Positions 24,042 through 35,394 of a DNA stretch of 64,000 nt are shown one piece after another. The stretch lies in the NCBI RefSeq assembly GCF_963921235.1, contig NC_086108.1:22382001-22446000 (forward strand). Direction: 5' to 3'. The notes beneath the pieces are model-generated. The model ran no database searches. It was not told where the DNA came from and was given only the letters and a program-made list of their open reading frames with translations. Positions within the stretch are counted from its first letter, which is position 1. Each line of letters starts with the position of its first letter. The position numbers and the translations under genes were made by a program. This DNA is from Mobula hypostoma. Taxonomy: Eukaryota.

Positions 24042-27000
24042 TACCTCAATACAAGAAGTATCAGGAACAAAGGTGATGAACTGAGAGCTTGGATACATAC
24101 ATGGAATTATGATGTAGTGGCCATTACAGAGACTTGGCTGGCACCAGGGCAGGAATGGATTCTCAATATTCCTGGATTTCAGTGCTTTAAAAGGGATGGT
24201 GGGGGGAAAGGGGGAGGAGGGGTGGCATTACTGATCAGGGATACTATTACAGCTACAGAAAGGGTGGGTAATGTAGTAGGATCCTCTTTTGAGTCAGTAT
24301 GGGTGGAAGTCAGGAGCAGGAAGGGAGCAGTTACTCTATTGGGAGTATTCTATAGGCCCCCTGGTAGCAGCAGAGATACCGAGGAGCAGATTGGGAGGCA
24401 GAGTTTGGAAAGGTGCAAAAATAACAGGGTTGTTATCATGGATGACTTTAACTTCCCTAATATTGATGTAAGGGGTTTCCTTTTTTTATGTCACTGTGTA
24501 GTCTAATTAAAATGGCTTCTTTGTTATGTTATAATTGAAAGGGCTTCTTTGTTATGTTAACTGCTGAGAAAGTCCTTCCTGCTAGCAGTTTGTTTGAATC
24601 ACATTACGGATAAGAAGATGTTATGAACCAATTGCGACAGTTATTATGTTCTTGGTGTATCTGTAAGATATTGTATGCGTGGGGTTTTGGGGCAGAAGGC
24701 GGGAGAGAGAGAGACAGAGGATGGACCAGGTGCTGTGAGTCCGCTAACAGGGTCGGACCCCAAGTGAGGTGTTTGGCGAGGAGAGGAGATGGAGATGGAC
24801 TTGTGTGGAGCGTCTGGTCGACCATCGTTGTTGGTCCCAGGTGGCTGGTCGAGGTGGTCTGAGGGGTCGCAGGGTGAAGAAGAAGGGTCCTGAGCTCCAA
24901 TTGTTTGTGCACGAAGAGATTGAACTTTGATAAGTGTGGCGCCTTTGATTTTCCTTTTATATTTTATTCTCTATTAATTATATAGTTCCAGTAATATCTA
25001 TAAACTGTAAATCATTTAATCGTATCTGGTGTATTGTCTGTCACTTGGGCGGGGTGGGGTAAATCACACAGCATCCACTCAATCTGATTCCCCAGTTTGG
25101 CGGGGCCGAGGGCTGTTTCCCTAGACGACAGTGAGCCGAGCGACCCTGAGGCTGGCCAGGGGGGGCTACACCTGATTAGTTCCAAGGGTTTGGATGGGGC
25201 AGAGTTTGTTAAGTGTGTCCAGGACAGATTCCTGTCACAGTATGTTGACAAGCCGACTAGGGGCAATGCCATACTAGATCCAGTATTAGGTAACAAACCA
25301 GGTCAGGTCACAGATCTCTCAGTGGGTGAGCATCTGGGGGACAGTGACGACTCCTCCCTGGCCTTTAGTATTATCATGGAAAAGAATAGAATCAGAGAGG
25401 ACAGGAAAAATTTTAATTAGGGAAGGGCAAATTATGAGACTATAAGGCTAGAACTTGCAGGTGTGAATTGGGATGATGTTTTTGCAGGGAAATGTACTAT
25501 GGATATGTGGTGGATGTTTAGGGATCTCTTGCAGGATGTTAGGGATAAATTTGTCCCAGTGAGGAAGATAAAGAATGGTAGGGTGAAGGAACCATGGGTG
25601 ACAAGTGAGGTGGAAAATCTAGTCAGGTGGAAGAAGGCAGCATACATGAGGGTTTAGGAAGTAAGGATCAGATGGGTCTATTGAGGAATACAGGGAAGCA
25701 AGAAAGGAGCTTAAGAAGGGCTGAGAAGAGCAAGAAGGGGGCATGAGAAGGCCTTGGTGAGTAGGGTAAAGGAAAACCCCAAGGCATTCTTCAATTATGT
25801 GAAGAACAAAAGGATGACAGGAGTGAAGGTAGGACCGATTAGAGGTAAAGGTGGGAAGATGTGCCTGGAGGCTGTGGAAGTGAGCGAGGTCCTCAATGAA
25901 TACTTCTCTTCGGTATTCACCAACGAGAGGGAACTTGATGATGGTGAGGACAATATGAGTGAGGTTGATGTTCTGGAGCATGTTGATATTAAGGGAGAGG
26001 AGTTGTTGGAGTTGTTAAAATATATTAGGACTGATAAGTCCCCGGGGCCTCACGGAATATTCCCCAGGCTGCTCCACGAGGCAAGGAAAGAGATTGCTGA
26101 GCCTCTGGCTAGGATCTTTATGTCCTCGTTGTCCATGGGAATGGTACCGGAGGATTGGAGGGAGGTGAATGTTGTCCCCTTGTTCAAAAAAGGTAGTAGG
26201 GATAGTCCGGGTAATTATAGACCAGTGAGCCTTACGTCTGTGGTGGGAAAGCTGTTGGAAAAGATTCTTAGAGATGGGATCTATGGGCATTTAGAGAATC
26301 ATGGCCTGATCAGGGACAGTCAGCATGGCTTTGTGAAGGGCAGATTGTGTCTAACAAGCCTGATAGAGTTCTTTGAGGAGGTGACCAGGCATATAGATGA
26401 GGGTAGTGCAGTGGATGTGATCTATATGGATTTTAGTAAGGCATTTGACAAGCTTCCACATGGTAGGCTTATTCAGAAAGTCAGAAGGCATGGGATCCAG
26501 GTAAATTTGGCCAGGTGGATTCAGAATTGGCTTGCCTGCAGAAAGCAGAGGGTGGTGGTGGAGGGAGTACATTCAGATTGGAGGGTTGTGACTAGTGGTG
26601 TCCCACAAGGATCTGTTCTGGGACCTCTACTTTTCGTGATTTTTATTAACGACCTGGATGTGGGGGTAGAAGGGTGGGTTGGCGAGTTTGCAGACGACAC
26701 AAAGTTTGGTGGTGGTGTGGATAGTGTAGAGGATTGTCGAAGATTGCAGAGAGACATTGATAGGATGCAGAAGTGGGCTGAGAAGTGGCAGATGGAGTTC
26801 AACCCGGAGAAGTGTGAGGTGGTACACTTTGGAAGGACAAACTCCAAGGCAGAGTACAAAGTGAATGGCAGGATACTTGGTAGTGTGGAGGAACAGAGAG
26901 ATCTGAGGGTACATGTCCACAGATCCCTGAAAGTTGCCTCACAAGTAGATAGGGTAGTTAAGAAAGCTTATGGGGTGTTAGCTTTCATAAGTCGAGGGAT

Positions 27001-27532
27001 AGAGTTTAAGAGTCGCGAGGTAATGATGCAGCTCTATAAAACTCTGGTTAGGCCACACTTGGAGTACTGTGTCCAGTTCTGGTCACCTCACTATAGGAAG
27101 GATGTGGAAGCATTGGAAAGGGTACAGAGGAGATTTACCAGGATGCCGCCTGGTTTAGAAAGTATGCATTATGATCAGAGATTAAGGGAGCTAGGGCTTT
27201 ACTAAGAGGAATAGATAGAGTGAACAGCCAGCGCCTCTTCCCCAGGGCACCACTGCTCAATTCAAGAGGACATGGTTTTAAGGTAAGGGGTGGGAAGTTT
27301 AAGGGGGATATTAGAGGAAGGTTTTTTTACTCAGAGAGTGGTTGGTGTGTGGAACGCACTGCCTGAGTCAGTGGTGGAGGCAGATACACTCGTGAAGTTT
27401 AAGAGACTACTAGACTACTATGGAGGAATTTAAGGTGGGGGCTTATATGGGAGGCAGGGTTTGAGGGTCAGCACAACATTGTGGGCCAAAGGGCCTGTAT
27501 TGTGCTGTACTATTCTATGTTTTATGTTCTAT
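24042..27532 (+). mobile_element. Young CR1 LINE, near-complete ORF2 (APE + RT), interrupted by a solo LTR
   Basis: EN in ORF 23994-24506; 483-aa RT ORF 25754-27205 with [10 protein letters not shown] and FADD; premature stops at 25.4-25.7 kb; (ttctatg)n tail. Confidence 0.97.
24467..25170 (+). mobile_element. Solo LTR (704 bp)
   Basis: TGTA...TACA termini; internal 18-bp direct repeat ggcttctttgttatgtta; interrupts the CR1 EN between PNID and LISSKG. Orientation is tentative. Confidence 0.75.
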
Positions 27533-27534
27533 TG

Positions 27535-28090
27535 TGCTGGGAGGAAATTGGTGATAGTGTCAAACAGGTGGCAGAGCAAACAATTTCATAAGCCTGCTGG
27601 TGACTGAGGGATAACATGATTGGTAGTTCCATTCTCTGGTGTTCACATTGACTTCAAATGAGCAATAGTGATTGTCTGTTTCTAGCTTGTTGGCCCTTCT
27701 TCAGCCACATGGACTCATAAAAAAAAATACAACCAGATGGTTCTTTCAGGTCTTTTGAGATTCTGGATGAACGTCATTGGCACTTAAAAGACTTAAAAGC
27801 TTTTGGTCTCCAATAGTATAACATTGGCCTTTTTAGATGATGTAGAGGAGAGTGGAGATTCCTCTTTCCTTTCCTGTAGTTTCAGAAAAGTTCCTGCTCA
27901 ACCTGTTGGGGAATGTTATCCGTAAGGCCTTTCTACTGAACAGAAGATGAGAGATGACTGCATTGTGCTCACCTTCGCCCGCGGATCATTTAGCATGCAG
28001 GGTCTGCCTGGGGCTGACGCTATGCAGATGGATTGTGTGAAATCAATGTTTTCAAATGTTTGTTTCCACTTTTCTAAACTGAATATTTCA
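27535..28090 (-). mobile_element. Highly decayed Vingi/ingi-like LINE fragment
   Basis: Manual translation EKWKQTFENIDFTQS...PERTIWLYFF...KQTITIAHLKS, with stops, resembles the pre-RT region of Vingi elements (recalled). Confidence 0.45.
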
Positions 28091-28226
28091 TGTTCTCAAG
28101 TCCTTGAAACTTATTGCTTATTTATTTATTGTTATTATTTCTTTTTTCTTTGGTATTTGTTCACTGTCTTTGGCTCTACACACTGGTTGGCTGCTCCTTT
28201 GGTGCAGTCTTTCATTGATTCTATTA

Positions 28227-28406
28227 GGTTGTTGTTCTTCCTTTTTGCACCTCTTTAGCAGTTTTGTCTTTGTTTTTTTACGAGGCTGAGTTGCTAGCTC
28301 GACGCTCAACCCAGCATGGATGGAAAGCGTGCAGTTGGTGGCCGGATTCGAACCCAGGACACTCGCCTCGAAGTCCAGTGCGGATACCACTATTCCACTG
28401 GCCTGC
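28227..28406 (-). mobile_element. tRNA(Arg)-like SINE, 180 bp, inserted in a Rex 3' tail
   Basis: Minus strand ggccagtggaatagtgg...gacttcgag...ggttcgaatcc; 11-bp TSD tgattctatta at 28216-28226 and 28407-28417. Confidence 0.85.
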
Positions 28407-28496
28407 TGATTCTATTACGGTTGTTGGATTTATTGAGTATGCCCACAAGAAAATGAATCTCAGGGTTGTATATGATGACATATATGTACTTTGAAC

Positions 28497-29215
28497 AAGA
28501 GAAAATCTGCAGATGCTGGAAATCCAAGCAACACACTCAAAATGCTGGAGGAACTCAGCAGGCCAGGCAGCATCTGTGGTTAAAAGCACAGTTGATGTTA
28601 TGGGCCGAAACCCTTTGGCAGGACTGGGGGAAAAAAGCCGAGGAGTAGATTTAAAAGGTGTGGAGGGAGGGGAGAGAGAACCGCCAGGTGATTGGTGAAA
28701 CCTGGAGGGGACGGAGTGAAGTAAAGAGCTGAGAAGTTGATTGGTGAGGTGAGGGAGGGAAGGGGGCGGAGGGAAATGGAGAAGGGAGAGAGGGGTTGGG
28801 GGCATTACCGGAAGTTTGAGAAATCGGATGTTCCTGCCATCAGGTTGAAGGCTACCCAAACGGAATACATGGTGTTGTTCCTTCAACCTAAGTGTGGCCT
28901 CATCATGACAGTGGAGGAGGCCATGGATCGACGTATTGTAATGGGAAAGGGAAGTGGAATTAAAATTGGAAGCCATTGGGAGATCCCGGTCGTTCTGGTG
29001 AACGGAGCGCAGGTGCTTGGTGAAGCAGTCTCCCAATCTATGTCAGGTCTCACCGATATACAGGAGACCACACCAGGAGCACCGGACACGGTAAGTGACC
29101 CCAAAAGACTCACAGGTGAAGTGTCGCCTCACCTGAAAGGACTGTTTTGAGCTCTGGATGGTAGCGAGGGAGGAGGTATATAACGTGTAGCACAGAGTGG
29201 TGGGTGCCAGGGGAG
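28497..29215 (-). mobile_element. Penelope-like element 3' part (GIY-YIG endonuclease plus pLTR)
   Basis: GVTYRVRCSWCGLLYIGET and LRLKEQHHVFRLGSLQPDG. Confidence 0.9.
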
Positions 29216-29680
29216 GTGGCAGAAGCAGATATGGTAACAATGTTTAAGATGTTTAATTGGATGTGTGAGCAGCCCAGGAATGTAGGGGTATGAGTGGTGT
29301 ATAGGCAGATAGAATTAGTTTAAATTGACAGCATGTTTGTATTTTTATTAAAGATTCAGTACAAACAGGTCTTTCCAGCTCAATTAGCTGTGCCACACAG
29401 CAACCCTAGCCTAATAGGACAATGTACGATGACCAATCAACCTGCTATCTTCTATCAGTTAAAAGTTCTGACAAGCTTCTGTCGATGTGTGGTGGAGAGT
29501 ATATTGACTGGCTGCATCATAGCCTGGTGTGGAATACCCTTGAATGGAAAATCCTACAAAAGTAGTGGATGTGGCCCAGTCCATCACAGATAAAGCCCTC
29601 CCAACCAATGAGCACACCGACACAGAGTGTTGGTGCAGGAAAGCAGCATCCTTCATTAGAGACCCCTACCACCCAGGTCA

Positions 29681-31546
29681 CACACATTAAAAATGCTGGT
29701 GAACGCAGCAGGCCAGGCAGCATCGATAGGAAGAGGTACAGTCGACATTTCGGGCTAAGCCCCTTCATCAGGACTAACTGAAAGAAGAGATAGTAAGAGA
29801 TTTGAAAGTGGGAGGGGGAGGGGGAGATCCAAAATGATAGGAGAAGACAGGAGGGGGAGGGATGGAGCCAAGAGCTGGACGGGTGATTGGCAAAAGGGAT
29901 ATGAGAGGATCATGGGATGGGAGGCCTAGGGAGAAAGAAAGGGGGAGGGGAGCCCAGAGGGTGGGCAAGGAGTATAGTGAGAGGGACAGAGGGAGAAGAA
30001 AGAGAGAGAGAAAAAATAATTTTAAAAAATTAATAATAAAAAAATAAATAACGGATGGGGTACGAGGGGGAGGTGGGGTATTAACGGAAGTTGAAGAAGT
30101 CAATGTTCATGCCATCAGGTTGGAGGCTACCCAGACGGAACATAAGTTGTTGTTCCTCCAACCTGAGTGTGGCTTCATCTCCACAGTAGAGGAGGCCGTG
30201 GATAGACATGTCAGAATGGGAATGGGATGTGGAATTAAAATGTCTGGCCACTGGGAAATCCTGCTTCCTCTGGCGGACAGAGCGTTGGTGTTCAGTGAAA
30301 CAATCTCCCAGTCTGCATCGTGTCTCGCCAATATATAGAAGGCCACATCGGGAGCACCGGACGCAGTATATCACACCAGCCAACTCACAGGTGAAGTGTC
30401 GCCACACCTGGAAGGACTGTCTGGGGCCCTGAATGGTGGTGAGGGAGGAAGTGTAAGGGCATGTGTAACACTTGTTCTGCTTACAAGGATAAGTGCCGGG
30501 AGGGAGATCGGTGGGAAGGGATGGGGGGGACGAATGGACAAGGGAGTCGCGTAGGGAGCGATCCCTGCGGAAAGTGGGGGGGGGGAGATGTGCTTAGTGG
30601 TGAGATCCTGTTGGAGGTGGCAGAAGTTACGGAGAATAATATGTTGGACCCGGAGGCTGGTGGGGTGGTAGATGAGGACGAGGGGAACCCTATTCCTAGT
30701 GGGGTGGCGGGAGGATGGGGTGAGATCAGATGTGCATGAAATGGGAGAGATGCGCTTGAGAGCAGAGTTGATGGTGGAGGAAGGGAAGTCCCTTTCTTTA
30801 AAAATGGAAGACACCTCCTTCGTCCTGGAATTAAAGGCCTCATCCTGAGAGCAGATGTGGCGGAGACGGAGGAATTGCGAGAAGGGGATAGCATTTTTGC
30901 AAGAGACAGGGTGAGAAGAGGAATAGTCCAGATAGCTGTGAGAGTCAGTAGGCTTATAGTAGACATCAGTAGATAAGCTGTCTCCAGAGACAGAGACAGA
31001 AAGGTCAAGAAAGGGGAGGGAGGTGTCGGAAATGGACCAGGTAAACTTGAGGGCAGGGTGGAACAACATACATCAAAGTTGCTGGTGAAGGCAGCAGGCC
31101 AAGCAGCATCTAGTTGGAGGCAAAGTTAATAAAGTCAACGAGCTCAGCATGTGTGCAGGAAGCAGCGCCAATGCAGTCGTCGATGTAGCGAAGGAAAAGG
31201 GGGGACAGATACCAGTACAGTCCTGGAACATAGATTGTTCCACAAAGCCAACAAAAAGGCAGGCATAGCTGGGACCCATACGGGTGCCCATAGCTACACC
31301 TTTAGTTTGGAAGAAGTGGGAGGAGCCAAAGGAGAAATTATTAAGAGTAAGGACTAATTCCGCTAGACAAAGCAGAGTGGTGGTAGAGGGAAACTGATTA
31401 GGTCTGGAATCTAAAAAGCAGCGGAGAGCTTTGAGACCTTCCTGATGGGGGATGGAGGTATATACGGACTGGACATCCATGGTGAAAACAAAGCAGTAGG
31501 GGCCAAGGAACTTAAAATCATTAAAACAATTCAGAGCTGGAGAAGT
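29681..31546 (-). mobile_element. Penelope-like element (RT + GIY-YIG + pLTR), 5'-truncated
   Basis: TMDVQSVYTSIPH, KGVAMGTRMGPSYA, LPFLDLSV, YYKPTDSHSYL and VIYCVRCSRCGLLYIGET. Confidence 0.95.
29740..29775 (-). ncRNA. Minimal type I hammerhead ribozyme in a Penelope pLTR (stem III C>T)
   Basis: Minus strand agtc-CTGATGA-aggggcttagccc-GAAA-tGTC-gact. Confidence 0.7.
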
Positions 31547-31939
31547 GTCATGCTGTTTTCTCACTGCTGCTGTCAGAAAGAAGGTACAGGAGCCTTGGGA
31601 CTCACACCACCAGGCTCAGGAACAGTTATTATCCATCGACCATCAGGCTGTTCAACCAGAGACGATAACTTCACTTGTCCAATCACTGAATTGTTCCTAC
31701 AACCTATGGATTCACTTTCAAAAACTCTTCATCTCATGTTCTTGATATTTATTGTTTGTTTGACTGTTTATTATTATTATTATTTTCTTCTATATTTGCA
31801 CAGTTTGTTGTCTTTTGCACACTGACTGTTGGTGCGGTCTTTCACTGATTCTATTATGGTTATTGGATTGATTGTGATTGCCCACAAGAGCATGAATCTC
31901 AGGGTTGTATATGGCGATGTATGTGTATCTTGAACTGGA

Positions 31940-32060
31940 GCATCTTTGGGCTGTGGGAGGAAGTCTGAGCATGCAGAGGAAACCCACTCAGTCACGGGGA
32001 ACTCTGCTGCCCCGAGCTGTAGTGGCGGTGAGCTAACCGCTATGTTACCGTGGCGCTGGT
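31940..32060 (-). mobile_element. HE1/V-SINE-like fragment
   Basis: tgtgggaggaagtctgagcatgcagaggaaacccac resembles the V-SINE core in antisense. Confidence 0.6.
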
Positions 32061-32179
32061 CTGCTGAAGGCACTATATTCATCATTGTTCTTGGGGAAAG
32101 AGTCCAAACTTCACTTTCACTTCTAGAAATCATATGCTAACCTCTGTCACTTTAAGGTTTGAGATGAAAGGATTCTCAC

Positions 32180-32750
32180 ATAGTCATAGTCATAGTCATA
32201 CTTTATTGATCCCGAGGGAAATTGGGTTTCGTTACAGTTGCACGAACCAAAAATAGAGTATAAATATAGCAATATAAAACCATAAATAATTAAATAATAA
32301 TATATAAATTATGCCGGGAAATAAGTCCAGGACCAGCCTAGTGGCTCAGGGTGTCTGACCCTCCAACGGAGGAGTTGTAAAGTTTGATGGCCACAGGCAG
32401 GAATGACTTCCTATGACGCTCTGTGTTGCATCTCGGTGGAATGAGTCTCTGGCTGAATGTACTCCTGTGCCCACCCAGTACATTATGTAGTGGATGGGAG
32501 ACATTGTTCAAGACGGCATGCAACTTAGACAGCATCCTCTTTTCAGACACCACCGTCAGAGAGTCCAGTTCCATCCCCACAACATCACTGATCTTACGAA
32601 TGAGTTTGTTGATTCTGTTGGTGTCTGCTACCCTCAGCCTGCTGCCCCAGCACACAACAGCAAACATGATAGCACTGGCCACCACAGACTTGTAGAACAT
32701 CCTCAGCATTGACCGACAGATGTTAAAGGACCTCAGTCTCCCCAGGAAAT
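32180..32750 (-). mobile_element. Rex1-like LINE 3' end, (tatgac)n tail subfamily
   Basis: ORF 32338-32709 (FAVVCWGS...ERHRKSFLPVAIKLYN); near-identical to 44949-45318. Confidence 0.9.
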
Positions 32751-33004
32751 TGGAGAATGTAACAGGGCATTAAGCTACATTATAAGGTGTGAAGCATTGT
32801 TACATTGACAACCAATTTACTGGTGAGACACACTCTGCATTTTATTGTGTGATTGATGATTCCTTTAGAATTCAGCTCATGGAAAATGATGTGTTTGGCT
32901 GTATTAGTTTCCCTCCCCTTCCCTCACCTCCTCTGCCAGTGGAAATAAGGAGGGGTGTGGTTAACCAGTTCCTCAGCTCTGTCCTGTGTACTAGCATTGG
33001 CCCC

Positions 33005-33750
33005 AAGTGGTTCAAGATTGTTCAATATTGTTTCCAGTATACAAGTGTAAAGGAGAACGAAATAATTATTACTCCAGATCCAATGCAGCATTAAAAAACA
33101 CAACAAGACAAAGAATACAACACTAATTTAAAAAAAACACAATGGATATGAATCTGTAAGATAGCATATATACATAGATTGATTGTATATCCATAAAATG
33201 ACGCTAGGCACGGGAGTGTCTGTACAGAAGGTGACTAACAAGAAGTGAAGTAGTGGTGATTGGGGGTGTGGTGGGGTGGATTGGTGGGTGGAGGTGTTGA
33301 TCAGACTGACTGGGGAAAGTAAGTGTTTTTGAGTCTGGTGGTCCTGGCATGGATGCTGTGTAGTCTCCTCTCTGAAGGGAGTGGGACAAATAGTCCATGA
33401 GCTGGGTGGGTGAGATCCTTCATGATGTTACTGGCCCCTTTCCGGCACCCCGATGGAAATATGTCCTTGGTGGCGGATAAGCTGGTGCCAGTGATGTTTT
33501 GGGCAGGTTTCAGTACCCATCGTAGAGCCTTCCTGTCCACAGAGGTGCAGTTTCCCTACTGTGCAGTGATGTCATTTGTTAGGATGCTCACTGTTGTGCA
33601 TCTGTAGAAGGACATGAGTATAGATGTGCGTAGTCCAGCTCTATTCAGTCTCCTCAGAGAGTAGAGGCAATGGTGAGCTTTCCTGAGAGGTTATGTGAGA
33701 CGTAACATAAACAGGAGTTTGAAATTGCTCACAGTTTCCACTTTTGTCCT
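33005..33750 (-). mobile_element. Rex1/Babar 3' fragment
   Basis: AQNITGTSL...HPAHGLFVPLPS...TTRLKNTYFP. Confidence 0.8.
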
Positions 33751-35394
33751 TCGGTTGTGACGTTAACACACTTGCGTGATTTGTACACACAGTATGTTAC
33801 CAATGCATTATTTAATTCTAAGTAAGATGTCTCTGCACCATCCATTTCATTGCACCCTGATGTATGTATATGATAATAAACTAATCTAATCTAATCCAAA
33901 CTGACTCTTGGATTTCTGATTACTGCTATAATTAAAACTTTGATCGTGCTTTGGCTTTTTCATCTATCATTTATGCAGCCCCTTTCCTAACCATTCTGGT
34001 GAAGCTTTTCCCTGAAAAGACTTTTGCTGTAATGTTTTACGAAAAGCTAAATTATTAGTCAGGATTAAATATCTAAGCTATAAGGTGTCATCTCTCCTGA
34101 GTAGTGCATTTGCTGGCTTGGATTTCCAAACAGGATCACTATGGTATGAAGTGTTTAGTTGCATGGTGTATTAATTGAGACGCTTTCACACTGAGATCTA
34201 GGCTTGGCTTTAATTTTGAAATGCAGAAAGATGGCAATTGATTATTCTGATAGTTATGTCCATCAGGAAAATTGCCTGCAGCATCACTCACCTCCATCAT
34301 CTGCTCCTACAATTGTTTGTGTATTCTTGTTATTTTGGATTCCATCTGCTGAGTGTCAATCTCTTTTGTCCACCTTCCATAAGTTGAAGCTATGTCCTAA
34401 CTCAGACCAAATCCAGTTTACTGACTTTACCTCTTGGTCCTTCATTGCTTTTGCTTTTTTATCTCTCCTCCAGTGGTGAAGCACGCATGGAATAGTGGTG
34501 TCATGTTTTACAGGATAGAAATTCAGAGACATCTGTCATGGTGGAAGATTTAGTATCCATGCCTTTGATTGGTTTAGCAACACCACTACATGCTTAGCTA
34601 TCTGCCTCCTGAAGGGTACAGCGGATCTCCTGGTTCGCATTCGATGGTGACTAGGCAGATATGAACAATAAACACATTTCACCTTGTCCTCAAACATCCA
34701 TTTGCTGCAGATAGTACTATCCACTGAATACCTCTGGGCAGTCAACACGGAGATAAACGTTTACTTTCACAACAAGATCTCCCGCTGTGGTGATGTGTGG
34801 CCCTACCATAGCACTGAATCGAATAACTTCTGTACAGGTATGATGTCTCAAACTGAGCTTCCATGGAATGTTGTGATCTATCAGCAAGAGAATCACAATG
34901 CACTGTCTACTGGCTGGGATATAAACTCCAAACCTCTCTTTACTCTTCCTTTACTGTCACATTAATTGATCGATTCTGATTCAATGTGAAGTGCAAAAGG
35001 ATCTGAGGAAGGTGATGTTCGGCAATCATAAACTTCATGCCAGTCCGACAAAAGTGGCAGCTTAGCAGTATACAAATGTCTCATAGAGAGCGGATCAGAT
35101 CAAAGCTCTGCAGCCTTGTCACACTTAGTTGTAAATGTTTGGAGAACCTAGAGAGCAACTGGGAGTAAGAAGCTTCATGAATATTCTCAACCCATACATC
35201 CCCCTATTTCTTCACTACCACACAGTCTAAATTGTTTTATGTGAATAAGATGACTGCTGCACAAGAACAGTGGCCCTACTTCTAGACATTAACTTAATTC
35301 GTTTTTTTATTGGCCTTTGGACAGCTCCAGTTTAGACTATCTCATCACAAGCCTTTGTAACCACCAGCCTCCTGTTATTTAAGACATTGAACCA

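Larger units (their letters stand above)
29460..31930 (+). mobile_element. Rex1/Babar 3' fragment split by a Penelope insertion
   Basis: RCVVESILTGCIIAW before 29680; the Rex sequence resumes at 31551; gtca is present at both junctions. Confidence 0.75.

Noticed and set aside
25754..27205. 483-aa RT ORF as a domesticated gene or active element
   Set aside because: The upstream EN has stops and an LTR insertion, and the C-terminus is deleted; it is simply a young dead CR1.
27973..28074. Minus-strand exon look-alike (KWKQTFENIDF...|GTgagc)
   Set aside because: Poor acceptor and no partner exons; better explained as a decayed Vingi-like LINE.
28340..28406. tRNA-Arg gene
   Set aside because: Stems do not pair properly, and it is the head of a TSD-bounded SINE.
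34500..35150. Possible LINE endonuclease remnant or exon in unassigned DNA
   Set aside because: The motifs are too degraded to assign by eye.
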